From the human T2T-CHM13v2.0 reference genome, Homo sapiens: a DNA stretch of 64,000 bases. How positions within the stretch are numbered: position 1 is the first letter of the stretch; each line of letters opens with the position of its first letter. The notes beneath the pieces are model-generated. The model was given only the letters and a program-made list of their open reading frames with translations. It was not told the DNA's origin and ran no database searches. The position numbers were made by a program, and so were the translations under genes. The stretch is from assembly GCF_009914755.1 (NCBI RefSeq), contig NC_060927.1; one strand, given 5' to 3'. Positions 63,527 through 64,000 of this stretch are shown here, piece by piece.

Positions 63527-64000
63527 CAGAATTGGGTTTTTTATAGGACTTTCAGGTCGAAGCTCAAGTTGTTTAAGGTGAGGGTGGGGCTTTCAAAGTG
63601 AGGAACTGATTGGGATTCAGCAGAGTCTGTGACATAATAGTTTAAGATTGGTGGGTCCAGCAAGGCAAGGGTCTTAAGACCAAACTTGATATGTAAACCG
63701 TGATAAGCAAGAATTTGCCCAGATGAGCAGATTGTTGTCTCCAATTAGTTGATATGTAGGAATTCCCTGAAACAAATAGAAAAGTTATTTATTGGTTAGA
63801 GTATTTCTTCCCAAGACAAAATTTTCCTGAAACAAACAACAAAATCATGTTGACTTAGATTGTCTATAGTTTTGTTGTCATAGACAGTCTCAGTTATCAC
63901 TCTCAACTTTCTAAAAAATGTTGTTTTATGTCTACATCCAACTAGGATGAAACTTAGCTACTATGTCTAGTTACCAGAACCTCCCCATCCACCTAAGACA

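Overview
Human (primate, Alu-rich) genomic DNA containing the 3' two-thirds of the neprilysin gene MME (CD10/NEP, M13 zinc metallopeptidase) on the + strand. I read 14 coding exons (172-40439) with GT-AG boundaries. They splice into one continuous frame of 465 codons plus TGA, matching residues ~286-750 of neprilysin, including NAFY, HEITH (HExxH), ENIAD and the C-terminal CRVW. Exon numbers 10-23 and residue numbers assume the 750-aa reference protein, recalled from memory. A ~3.2 kb 3' UTR follows, with several AATAAA signals, then ~20 kb of repeat-rich 3' flank (Alu, MaLR LTRs, DNA transposons) with no recognisable exons. Almost all ORFs in the supplied track are Alu-derived or random. I found no convincing new protein-coding system. 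The best second-look items are: a latent 83-nt pseudoexon one base from activation; an Alu-bracketed exon 11-14 block that would form a stop-free, frame-closed circular RNA; three androgen-response-element palindromes; minus-strand splice signals outlining a candidate antisense lncRNA; a rare GAG acceptor; an L1-derived poly(A) signal; and a collapsed 85-bp Alu. Repeat boundaries and subfamilies are by eye and approximate.
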